The notes under the pieces are model-generated. The model ran no database searches, had not been told where the DNA came from, and saw only the letters and a list, made by a program, of their open reading frames with translations. DNA of 64,000 nt from Takakia lepidozioides. Taxonomy: Eukaryota > Plantae > Bryophyta. The DNA is taken from assembly GCA_030704615.1 (NCBI GenBank), contig CM060733.1:73780001-73844000 (forward strand), read 5' to 3'. The translations under genes and the position numbers were made by a program. Below, in pieces: positions 10,385 to 21,800 of this stretch; within the stretch, counting starts at the first letter, position 1; every line of letters begins with the position of its first letter.

Positions 10385-13300
10385 ATGCTCGAACCTGAGA
10401 GGGGGGGAGTTCGTGCACCAGACAGGAGACCTCGTCGCAAGCTCCGGAAATTATACTTCGGACGTAGGCCAATGCCGAAGGGGAGGAAGCAGATGCGTCT
10501 ACAGGAGGAGATTGCCATCTCCGAGCAGCAGGCCACTCAGGCAACCCAGCCACCAGTGAGAGCTCCATGCGATCGGGCTGCGCGCAGCTGATCGAGCACC
10601 GAACCCCCCATTTTGCTTCTGTAATTCTTAGACTGAATGCTAGGAGACTTGAATGCAGAACATGTTTGCATGCCTAACAGGAAAGGTGGACGTGCTGGAG
10701 GGATCGCAGGAATCCGAAGAGCCGCAGGAAGAGTCCGAGGAGCTAGCTGCAGCACGTACACCCACCCGATCCCCGAGCGCGGGTATTCCTGCCGGGCCTA
10801 GCCCTCTGCGATTTAAAGACGCGTCTTCGAAGGGCAAGTTCAAAGTCCCAGAGATCGACTCGCGTTCTTCGATCATGGAGAATCGCCAGCAGGGGTCGGG
10901 CCTTCTCCAGCAAAGTCGAAGAAGAAGCAGCCCGTCCCTCTACTGGCTTCTGAACCGGCTCAGGCCGATTCACCCCCCCCAACGCGAATGAAGCAGCAGG
11001 GTAGAAGACAGATTCAATTGCAGCAGACACCTTCACCTGCAAGGATGAGGAAGCAGAAGGCAATCAGGGCGACGGACGAACAATCTCCCGCAAAACCGCT
11101 TCCACGAGCTGAAGCTCATTCCTGGAGGATTTCCCGCCTGCAGATGTTGGGGCCGACTCTGCTGCAGCGAAGGCAATGGGATCGACCGTTGATCTCGATT
11201 TGGTACCGGAGGAGGGTGCTGCCGCTCAACGTTCGCAGCAAGACCTCACCACCGATGAGCAAGCAGGCCCGGAGGAGGCCTCTGCAATGGCAGAATTGCC
11301 CGCAGACAGGCCCCAGAGTGCAGCTCCAGTTGAGGATGCTCCAGCTGCTCAGCCACTACCGGCACCTACAGACATGTCTCCGGAGGATTTCAAAAGTGCA
11401 GCGGATAAAATGTTGGAGGAGACACACAGTAGCATTGGCAGAGTTCTGGGCAGCAGGGTATTCCAGCGGACTCTTCGAATCCCACTCTGTCGCATGGTCT
11501 CCCTTCCCATCGTCAGGCAGGCCCTTCCCGGAGATGTGGATAAGCTCAAGTTCGCATTTCGAGAAGGGTACCGTCTGGGATCGGCAGCGTTTTACGTTTC
11601 CATTGAGAATGAGGACGGCGAAACCCGTGGACCCACTGCCGATGAATTGTCAACGTGGGATACCCACTGGCACACTCGCAACAACGAATTCGAGGCGACG
11701 CTGAAGGGTGATCCCGACTTCGGCCATATGTCGGGTAAAATGTTCTTTGTGTGGGACGGGAATCACCGACTTCTCGCCTGGTGGGAGTACATCAAGCAGA
11801 ACCATGCCAAGCACATTGGCTGGCATTACATGGTGGAGTGTGTCATCCTCAAGGTGAAGGCGGCAGACTCCTCCCTGCTCAAGAATGCCATGGCGGACCT
11901 CAACTCGTAAGATACTCATACCCTCCCTAGCACGTTCGAAATGCGGTGCCGCATTTCGGTTTCCATTCTGGTTTGTTTCCGTGCTTCCGTGTACTGAACT
12001 GGAGAGTGTGCCTTGCAGGGTCACTGAGAATGCGTACGTGCATACCCACATGGCACATATGCTGTACAGGGTGAGGAAAACTGGTCTCACTGATCCGCAG
12101 ATGTTTGCGGAAATGCTGGAGCCCGAGCTCATTCAGAAAGCCGTTGCAAAAACAGACCGGACATGGTATCGTCTCACTATGGATGGAATGGTGGAGGTGA
12201 TATACGAAGTAAGTCGTGCTCCAATTTCCCTCTGCTCATCCTTCCCCCATTTTAAGTAATGTTTCCACATGAATCGAATGTAACGCTTCTGCATGTTTTT
12301 GTTGGCAGTCAAACATCAAGCTGGATTTGGCCCATGCCAAACGCTTCTTCATGGAAAGTGAGGGGCAGGTCAAAACATTGCAGTCATTGACTGAGCACTT
12401 GAAGGAAGCCGGTGTCAAGTCCAGAACGAAATACAAGTCAAAGCTTGTGAAGCTGGTGGCAATTGCAGATCCGGCACTTGGAAAGGACTTCATCCCCGAG
12501 ATTGCAAAACACTATTCTCGGGCCATGCAGCCGACCATGCAATTGGAGAAACTGCATCACCTCTCAACGGCATGTGTGGAGGCGAAAGAGAAGGTGAGGT
12601 TTCAATGCACTGAAGTTCCTTCCTAGCAATAGCCACTCTCTTCCAGCTCCTGACATTGGATCGGAAATGGCAGACACGGTGGCTGTCGATCTGGAATGCA
12701 TCCGAGAGCATAAGGACAATGTGGTCTTTTCCACTCGAAGTTTCCGACCCTGCAGTGGATGTGTGGCTCAACCGTATGACTTGGTGGTTCCAGGTAATTC
12801 AAGGTACTTCCCCAGATTTGCTTTTCTGACATGAATTCCCTGAACTGCTACGTGACAATGGATTTGGGAATCGCAGGTAATGTCGAATGCGAAGGAGCAA
12901 GTCGTAATGCACACAAATTCGTTCGGCTTGTACGTCAAATGGGATGGAACACAGACATTGGAAGACTACGTGACACGTTTCAGATGTGCGTACAAGGACA
13001 ACCTTTTCGCCAGAGAGCTACAGACAGCAAGAAGGAGCGTGGAGTTTACACATCAGGAGGGAGCGGGGAAAGCTGCAATGCGAATTGTTTACAGGTGAAG
13101 CACAGCTGCCCTTGTATGCGAAGCCTGGTTACGAGGTTTGTCTCGGAAATGCGGCACCGCATTCGCATTTTATGTTTTCGGTGGCACTCTGCCAGTAGGT
13201 TGGTCTCAACTTTTGCTCACGCATGCTGACTGCCTTGCAGGTATATGAAATATGTGCTCCTTCAGATAGGGGCCCTCGCTCAAGAGCCCCCGTTCTTCAT

Positions 13301-15591
13301 GGCTTGGACCGTGGCGGGCCCAAGCTGTGTCTACACACCCGAGATGCAGAAACAATGGCATCCCGCGCATCTCGTTGGATGCCCGTGGTACCTGGACATG
13401 TCTGGCGGTATTGTTGACGAGTCTGAGAAAGATCTGCATGCCTTGGCAGAAGAGAAGAGAAAGGAAAGACGTGTCCCTGCTGGGCCAAAGTCGGCAAAGG
13501 AATCTGCTGCTCTGGAAGAATCCAGAAAGGCAGCTGAGATGGCACAAAAGACGGTGGATGCAGCTGTGCAGGCCCAACAGAAGGGGTCGAAGAAGAGGAC
13601 TCGCCAGCAAGGAGCAGCTGTTGTGACACCCGCCAAAACGAAGAAGCAGAAACAGCCTGTTCAGGAAGAGGGTGAGGAAGAGGACTCTGATGGAGACTTT
13701 GCAACCAGCCCACCCCCCAAACGCAGGCTGCCTCCCCTGTGCCCACCGTTGTCACGAGAGGCACGAGAACTGGCTCGGCAAAGAAGGCACTCTTCAACCC
13801 CCCAGGGGGGCACCCTTTCGAGCCGGTGGAAATGAAGAGGCCGAAAGTGGCTCCCGAAACAGTAGTCAGTGTGTAAATGAGAGTTTCTTGGCGGCTTTGG
13901 ATGGACGGGCAGCCAAGTTGGCATACATGAAGACCATGGAGGGTCTGAAGGGCAGAGCACTGAAGAAGGCGACTGCCAAGAGCCTTCCGACACCCCAGGA
14001 TTTCAGAATATGGTCTCGTTCTTTGAGAGGGTGTGTGCAGACAAGGATTGTAGGAGGGGCGGAAATGCCACCGAGTGGTCTTGCGATATGATCATCTTGG
14101 ATATTCCGGACGGAGAGCCTGTGGAAGGACTGCAAGCTTTGCCATCTTGGAACAGGTACTCGGAAGACTTTTGGAAGAAAGGATTCGGGCTTGCCCGCAT
14201 GGTGTTGGACGACAGAGGCTGTGTGGTTGTCCTGGCGAGCAGAGGAAAAAACACTCAGACAGGAATTGCGAAGTGGACCCGCAAGAGCGCCGTCCCGATT
14301 CTGAAAAAGAAGTGGACGTGCATCAACACACTGGGCCTTCGGTCGGAAGGGAAGAAGGTGATTACGACACTGGCACTCGTCCATTCATTTGCTTGGGTGT
14401 TTTCAAATGCGGTGCCGCATTCGGTTTCTAATCGTTTTCCCCCTGTGTATGCAGACGAAGCAGTTCGATGCATACTGCTTTGTGAAGGAGAACTCCACCT
14501 TTGCTTTCCGGAAGGAGGGAGGAAAGGTTGACCCGAACTGCGACCCACTCGATTACGACGTTCTGTTCAACAACGTTCCCAAGGAACTTCTCCCTCATAG
14601 CCTCACTTCAACGGAACCCCTGCGGTACTCACGGACTCGGAGCCCTGCCTTCATTCAGACAATTATGGAGACATGCACAGACGTGGAGGGCACAGTGCTC
14701 GACCTCATCTGTGGGACAGGTATGCAGAATCTTGATCTCTGCTGTTCTGCAAATTCTCGTTAGGATGTAGTTCGCAACATCTGAAGCGCCATGTGGTAAT
14801 GTGTGGATGGCATTGTAACAGGTGCCTCAATGTGGGCTGGGCGGTTTTCCGACCGGCACCTCTTTGCCTACGAGGAGGATTCATCCGTGTGGGGATCGCA
14901 TCTGGAGGGGCTGCAACGGAATGTGAAGGCTCCCGACAGAGCGGAAGTCTCCTCGGATTCGTCGGAGTCCGAGGAAGACACAGTGGACATTGATGCGGAG
15001 GAGAACCCGGAATACGAGTGAGTGCAAACATTGTAAGTTTGCAAATCCTTCTGGGTCATTTATGTCAAACGAATTTCCCGACTGTGGTTCTCATTAGTCT
15101 CGTTGATGATTGTCATGTGCAGGATTGCAGGGTCCGGGTCGAAACATGTAGGGCCTACATTTCCTGCCAGGAAGAATGTCCCGTTCTTTGCGAGGGCCGA
15201 CTTCATGACGAGCCCGGTGAGGGACTACTCCCTTCCTAGTTATGCAGCTAAACTCGCAAATACAGCGATTAGAAGAAGTGAGAATCCCAGTAAAGTAGAG
15301 CAGATTTTGGAGAGGGCTAGGGAGGACAGAAGGATAAGGAAAGAGTTGGCAGCAGCTCAGACAGGTAGACGGGTACGAAAGTACATATGTGATTCAGCGG
15401 ATGAGAGCGACGCAGACAGGGAGGAAAACGACCCAACGGACGTGAGATGGACAGTTCCGCAAGGGGAAGATGGGATTTTCGAAAGCCTGGCCAACGAGCA
15501 GTCCGCTGGAGATGAGAGAGGCACTGAGGGGGTGGAGGAGGAGCAGGACAGTCTAGAACAGGATGAGGATTCGGATGATTTTCAAGATTAA
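10385..15591 (+). CDS. Multi-exon gene: basic/low-complexity N-terminus, ParB/Srx-like domain, beta-class amino(N6A/N4C)-DNA-methyltransferase-like domain, acidic tail; frameshifts in this assembly
   Basis: GT-AG introns at 11907-12018, 12209-12308, 12594-12646, 13095-13240, 14720-14821 and 15018-15122 join the ORF pieces in frame; others are less certain. Motifs: FFVWDGNHRLLAW (DGNHR at 11755-11769), CDMIILDIPDG (~14082-14114), ARMVLDDRGCVVVL, and RSPAFIQTIMETCTDVEGTVLDLICGTG|ASMWAGRFSDRHLFAYEED. Confidence 0.78.
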
Positions 15592-15724
15592 TAGAATTTT
15601 AATGAAGTCTCTGTAAATGTAAATTCTCTTCCAGAGTATATAAAGGAAATTCTGCCCGACATTCGTGACCCCTCTCCAGTGTGCATTCCAGCCACACAAT
15701 CGCCCAAACCACGACGTTCCAAAA

Positions 15725-16450
15725 ATCAGAAATGGGGCACCGCATTTCCAAAATTTTGGCAACTCTAAGAACCTCTTTTGGAAATGCGGCACCGCATTTC
15801 CAAAACATGGGAGGGACTAAATTTTCCATTTCAATGTTGGCATAGTAAAAAGTAATCTGAATTGGAAATGCGGTGCCGCATTTCCAAAATTTCCTTTGTC
15901 CACGCGCCAGTTTTGGCCTCTCCCGCTGATTGCATGGATGCCACCACGCTTACAGAGGTCGAACAAGGAGGTCGACATGGCGGGATTGAAAATGCGGTGC
16001 CGCATTTCAGTATTGGGGATGGTCGTTGTTCGAACTGCAGGCCCATCAGCAAAAATTGGCACCGCATTCCTTTTTAAAAAAAAAGTCGATGACGGACATG
16101 GAAATGCGGCGCCGCATTTCCAGAACGGACTTCGCAATTTGTCCATTTGCAGACCCTCTCTCGGAAATGCAGTAACGCATTCCATCGCGCTGGTCGGAAA
16201 TGTCACACTTTTCGAAGTGTTGTACGGAAATGCGGCACCGCATTCCCTTGTCCAAAAAGAAGTTTCCATTGCCAAGCTGGAAATGCGTCGCCGCATTTCC
16301 AATGCCAACCTCGTTTTCTGATCAATTTATAGACCCGTGTTGGTATTTCGTGTACCTGGACGGAAATGATGCACCGCATTTTCTTGTCCCACATGGAAAT
16401 GCGGTGCCGCATTTCGATGCCGACATGGAAATGCGGTGCCGGATTTCCAT
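15725..16450. repeat. Second palindrome array, downstream of the ParB-like/MTase gene
   Basis: More than 10 copies of GAAATGCGGNNCCGCATTTC (e.g. 15780, 15863, 16100, 16394). Confidence 0.92.
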
Positions 16451-16703
16451 GTCCGACATGGCGTTACTCTGGTATATTCTTGACACATGACTCACATACC
16501 GGTTACTCTGCTATATTCATCCGGACAGACACATTGTAGAAATGAGACATCAAATTGTAAACAGTGGGCCAATTCCGACAGTTATTCAACACAATGAAAC
16601 ACAGTCATACAGAAGTGAGGTACGATGGGTTTATTGATCGGACACGATGTCTCACATTTACCAACTGCAGACAAAACTATCCCTTCCTCCTTCTACATGG
16701 GCT

Positions 16704-17282
16704 TCACCAAGTCGACGGAACTTCGATACCCCTCAAAACAAGCTCATCACTGCTGCGGCACCTCGAGGTAAACTGCAATTCGGTCGTTCTGCTGCCCTTG
16801 CTGGAGCCGACGATAATGTCATGTCCATCAATGATACCACCATCATACATTGACAAGGTCATTGTGGGCCTCATGTGCCCGTGCGATTCGTCTTCGCAAC
16901 GCAGGCGAATGTCTCCATACACTGGAAGAGCGGAGTGATCTGCACGTATATAGTTTTCCCCGGTGCCGTCCTCCCTGGTCCACTGGCAGCAGTTCCAGCG
17001 CCAAAGCGAGGCCGTGCGTGATCTATCCGGCATCCCTTTCCAGCTTGGTATATCGAGGTCAACAATTTTCAGGACCCACGGACCGCATTGACCCTCGCCC
17101 TCACCTCGCTCAAAGCGGTAATAGCCCTCCAGATACTCCATTGCGCGCAAAGACTCTTGCTTGATTCCAGCAGCGTCTGTGAAAACAGAGAGCCAGACAA
17201 TGATGTCTCCTGATTCTGGTTTGAACATAGCATAATCGTGCCCATGATAAGGGCAGTCGGCTGGATTTCGGCGGCACGACAT
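16704..17282 (-). CDS. Unknown 192-aa protein (cargo paralog L)
   Basis: MSCRRNPADCPYHGHDYAM...GDIIVW...RWNCCQWT...YGDIR...DGGIIDGHDI...ELVLRGIEVP aligns end to end with the 17833-18396 protein; a copy is present in element C. Confidence 0.7.
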   Translation of the reverse strand: MSCRRNPADCPYHGHDYAMFKPESGDIIVWLSVFTDAAGIKQESLRAMEYLEGYYRFERGEGEGQCGPWVLKIVDLDIPSWKGMPDRSRTASLWRWNCCQWTREDGTGENYIRADHSALPVYGDIRLRCEDESHGHMRPTMTLSMYDGGIIDGHDIIVGSSKGSRTTELQFTSRCRSSDELVLRGIEVPSTW

Positions 17283-17832
17283 CCTTGAAAAAGAGTCGTG
17301 GAGTACGCTCAATGACAGCAGCTCCCGGATGGAGGAGGAGGACCGCGGTGGCTGGAAAAAGTTCAAGCTAACGCTGCAATTCCTCACAAACACTCCAGGG
17401 CACATTTAAATTTCCCCCCTGCAGGATCCTGGACCGATGAAGATTGGCTGCTGCATGAATGTAGCCGTTTCAGTTTCCTACCCTGCCATGCAAACTATGG
17501 GCAGTCACTGCCAGGTGGGCCGATAGCCACTGGACACGACGAAGTCCATCCCCTCTTCGATGTAAATGCGGCGCCGAATTTCCATCCGGGGGGATGGACT
17601 TCGGTGGCAGATCTCAAACTATAACTTGTTGAGGAGAAAGATGTATGGGTTCATCCACCGCTGGCGTGATGAACACGTTCCACCTCCGTCGGTGGGTATG
17701 TGTGACCCAGATGCTCCATTATTGGAGGCCGGACTGCTCTTCCGCTTCGTATCATTTCCAAAATCTAAGGGCTTCGTAGCTGTCCACAAGGTCATCGGCA
17801 TCCAAGTCGTCCTCAGGTCCTCCTTTGCAAGG

Positions 17833-18396
17833 ATGCCGTGCTTCCGGAACCGGGACGACTGCCCCTTTGGAGGCATCGATTATGCAATGTATTCGGCCAC
17901 ATCGGGAGACATTGTTATCTGGTACACAGATTACACAGAAGATAGTGGTTCGATTGTGGGAACATTGGTGGCTTTTGAGTATATCGTAGGCCACTACGCC
18001 TTCGAGCGGGGTGACGATCTTGGTCTGAGGAGTCCGTGGCTCCTGCGCATCCTCGATTCCGATTTTCCCAGCTACAACGGTCACCCATGCAGAAGAAGGC
18101 GCACTGCTATGCTGTTGCGGTGGAACTGCTGCCACTGGACGTGGGTGGACTCCATCGGAGAGACCTATTCTCCTCGAGGAGTGCGCTCCTCTTCTCCATT
18201 GTATGGGGACATTCGCATTGGTGTGGACGACGAAAACGTGAAGATTTCCATATTCGATGGTGGTATGATTGAAGGGCAGGACATTGTGGTGAACATCACT
18301 AGGGGCGGTACAACGGCTGCAATCGACTTTACATGGAGGAGCCCCATGACTCATGAGCTAGTTCTGAGAGCAGTCGAAGTCCCATTGACAACGTGA
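17833..18396 (+). CDS. Unknown 187-aa protein (cargo paralog R)
   Basis: MPCFRNRDDCPFGGIDYAM...RWNCCHWT...ELVLRAVEVPLTT; the 564-nt ORF is intact in three copies (17833, 45927, 49846). Confidence 0.75.
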   Translation: MPCFRNRDDCPFGGIDYAMYSATSGDIVIWYTDYTEDSGSIVGTLVAFEYIVGHYAFERGDDLGLRSPWLLRILDSDFPSYNGHPCRRRRTAMLLRWNCCHWTWVDSIGETYSPRGVRSSSPLYGDIRIGVDDENVKISIFDGGMIEGQDIVVNITRGGTTAAIDFTWRSPMTHELVLRAVEVPLTT

Positions 18397-18779
18397 CTTG
18401 TATTCAGTAGGCACAGGGCTCAAGATTTGATGGCACAATTAGCACAGTAGACGTGCTTCAAATGCAATTCATGTGGATCAATAAAAACCTCATTGTGCCC
18501 TCTTTTTATTCTATTCTGTGTCCATCGTTGCCAGAATGCGTCATTGCTCATTTCGTTTGGGATTGGGAGTGTGGGTGGATTTTGCAAATGGCTGGTAGGC
18601 TGAAATGGGCCCCCATTGTACAGAGCAGTACCACCCTACCATTTGCGAAACATTGCCTTTCAATATATAATTCTAAATAACATTGCGGAACCTCCTTCAT
18701 CGGGAGGTCCTTCTCCCCCTATGACCGTGGCACCCTAAACCCTATTCCCGCGGACACTCATTTCCGGAAAATAGTGCTC

Positions 18780-18859
18780 CTCATGTTTTTTTCCACACTT
18801 ACGACTCTGCTCATGGCTCATGCCGCTCATGGCTCATGGCTCATGAAATAGCAGCCCCC
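18780..18859 (-). repeat. Right TIR plus subterminal (GCTCATG)n repeats
   Basis: gctcatggctcatgccgctcatggctcatggctcatgaaatagcagccccc. Confidence 0.9.
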
Positions 18860-21800
18860 CCCTAAATGCCGAATTTAAACCTGAAAAACACTTAAATGTA
18901 CAGCTCAAACAGTGTGCGCCCACGCACACTGTTTGAGCTGCCACTGAATGGTTATTTCATCCTCAGAAACGTGCCCTAAATACCGAATTTTAACACCAAA
19001 AAAACACTTACATGTTCAGCTCAAACAGTGTGCGCCAACGCAGACTGTTTGAGCTGCCACTGAATGGTTATTCCATCATCATAAAACTGCCCTGGAAGTC
19101 CGAATTTAACACCTAAAAAACAGTGACATGTACTGCTCAAACAGTGTGCGCCAATGCACACTGTTTGAACTGCCATTGAATGGTTATTTCATACTCAGAA
19201 ACGTGCCCTAAATGCCGAATTTCAATCGGAAAAAACACTTACATGTTCAACTCAAACAGTGTGCGCCAACGCAGACTGTTTGAGCTGCCACTGAATGGTT
19301 ATTCCATCATCATAAAACAGCCCAGGAAGTCCGAATTTAACACCAAAAAAGGAGTGACATGTACAGCTCAAACAGTGTGCGCCAATGCACACTGTTTGAG
19401 TTGCCACTGAATGGTTACTTCATCCTCAGAAACGTGCCCTAAATGCCGAATTTAAACACCAAAAAAACAGTGACATTTCAGCTGAAACAGTGTGCGCCAA
19501 TGCACACTGTTTGAGCTGCCACTGAATGGTTATTTAATCCTCAGAACCGTGCCCTAAATGCCGAATTTAAACCGGAAAAACACTTAAATGTAGAGCTCAA
19601 ACAGTGTGCGCCAACGCACACTGTTTGAGCTGCCACTGAATGGTTATTTCATCCTCAGAAACGTGCCCTAAATGCCGAATTTTACACCAAAAAAACACTT
19701 ACATGTTCAGCTCAAACAGTGTGCGCCAACGCACACTACTTGAGCTGCCACTGAATGGTTATTTCATCATCATAAAACTACCCAGGAAGTCCGAATTTAA
19801 CACCAAAAAACCAGTGACATGTACAGCTCAAACAGTGTGCGCCAACGCACACTGTTTGAACTGCCACTGAATGGTTATTTCATACTCAGAAACGTGCCTT
19901 AAATGCCGAATTTAAACCGGAAAAACAATTAAATGTAGAGCTCAAACAGTGTGCGCCAACGCACACTGTTTGAGCTGCCACTGAATGGTTATTTCATCCT
20001 CAGAACCGTGCCCTAAATGCCAAATTTAAACCTGAAAAACACTTAAATGTACAGCTCAGACAGTGTGCGCCAACGCACACTGTTTGAGCTGCCACTGAAT
20101 GGTTATTTCATCCTCAGAAACGTGCCCTAAATGCCAAATTCTAACACCAAAAAAACACTTACATGTTCAGCTCAAACAGTGTGCGCCAACGCACACTACT
20201 TGAGCTGCCACTGAATGGTTATTTCATCATCATAAAACTGCCCTGGAAGTCCGAATTTAACACCAAAAAAACAGTGACATGTACAGCTCAAGCTGTGTGC
20301 GCCAATGCACACTGTTTGAACTGCCATTGAATGGTTATTTCATACTCAGAAACGTGCCCTAAATGCCGAATTTCAATCGGAAAAAAACACTTACATGTTC
20401 AACTCAAACAGTGTGCGCCAACGCACACTGAATGAGCTGCCACTGAATGGTTATTTCATCATCATAAACGGGCCCTGGAAGTCCGAATTTAACACCAAGA
20501 AACAGTGACATGTACAGCTCAAACATTGTGCGCCAACGCAGACTGTTTGAGCTGCCACTGAATGGTTATTTCATCATCACAAACCCGCCCCGGAATTCCG
20601 AATTTAACACCAAAAAAGGAGTGACATGTACAGCTCAAACAGTGTGCGCCAATGCACACTGTTTGAGTTGCCACTGAATGGTTATTTCATCCTCAGAAAC
20701 GTGCCCTAAATGCCGAATTTAAACACCAAAAAAACAGTGACATGTTCAGCTGAAACAGTGTGCGCCAATGCACACTGTTTGAGCTGCCACTGAATGGTTA
20801 TTTCATCCTCAGAACCGTGCCCTAAATGCCGAATTTAAACCGGAAAAACACTTAAATGTAGAGCTCAAACAGTGTGCGCCAACGCACACTGTTTGAGCTG
20901 CCACTGAATGGTTATTTCATCCTCAGAAACGTGCCCTAAATGCCGAATTTTACACCAAAAAAACACTTACATGTTCAGCTCAAACAGTGTGCGCCAACGC
21001 ACACTACTTGAGCTGCCACTGAATGGTTATTTCATCATCATAAAACTACCCAGGAAGTCCGAATTTAACACCAAAAAACCAGTGACATGTACAGCTCAAA
21101 CAGTGTGCGCCAACGCACGCTGTTTGAACTGCCACTGAATGGTTATTTCATACTCAAAAACGTGCCCTAAATGCCGAATTTAAACCGGAAAAACACTTAA
21201 ATGTAGAGCTCAAACAGTGTGCGCCAACGCACACTGAATGAGCTGCCACTGAATGGTTATTTCATCATCATAAACCTGCCCTAAATTCCGAATTTTAACA
21301 CCAAAAAAACACTTACATGTTCAGCTCAAACAGTGTGCACGAACGCACACTGTTTGAGCTGCCACTGAATGGTTATTTCATCCTCAGAAACGTGCCCTAA
21401 ATGACGAATTTTAACACCAAAAAAACACTTACATGTTCAGCACAAACAGTGTGCGCCAACGCACATTGTTTGAGCTGCCACTGAATGGTTATTTCATCAT
21501 CATAAACCTGCACTGGAAGTCCAAATTTAACACGAAAAAAACAGTGACATGTACAGCTCAAACAGTGTGCGCCAACGCACACTGTTGGAGCTGCCACTGA
21601 ATGGTTATTTCATCATCATAAACGTGCCCTCGAAGTCCGAATTTAACACCAAAAAAACAGTGACATGTACAGCTCAAACAGTGTGCGTTGGCGCACACTG
21701 TTCGAGCTACCACTGAATGGTTATTTCATCATCATAAACGTGCCCTGGAAGTCCGAATTTAACACCAAAAAAACAGTGACATGTACAGCTCAAACAGTGT

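Larger units (their letters stand above)
3544..18859. mobile_element. Complete 15.3-kb Mutator-like DNA transposon (copy A) with cargo genes and palindrome arrays
   Basis: The left end GGAGGTTTACTATTTCATGAGC matches the reverse complement of the right end, GGGGGCTGCTATTTCATGAGC. CCCTAAAT flanks both sides (3536-3543, 18860-18867). The satellite resumes in phase after the element. The same right terminus with five Cs is seen at 46697 and 48820. Confidence 0.93.

Noticed and set aside
10385-15591. Bacterial or phage contamination explaining ParB+MTase
   Set aside because: The gene has multiple GT-AG introns and lies inside a TSD-flanked element inserted in phase in a satellite, in several diverged copies.
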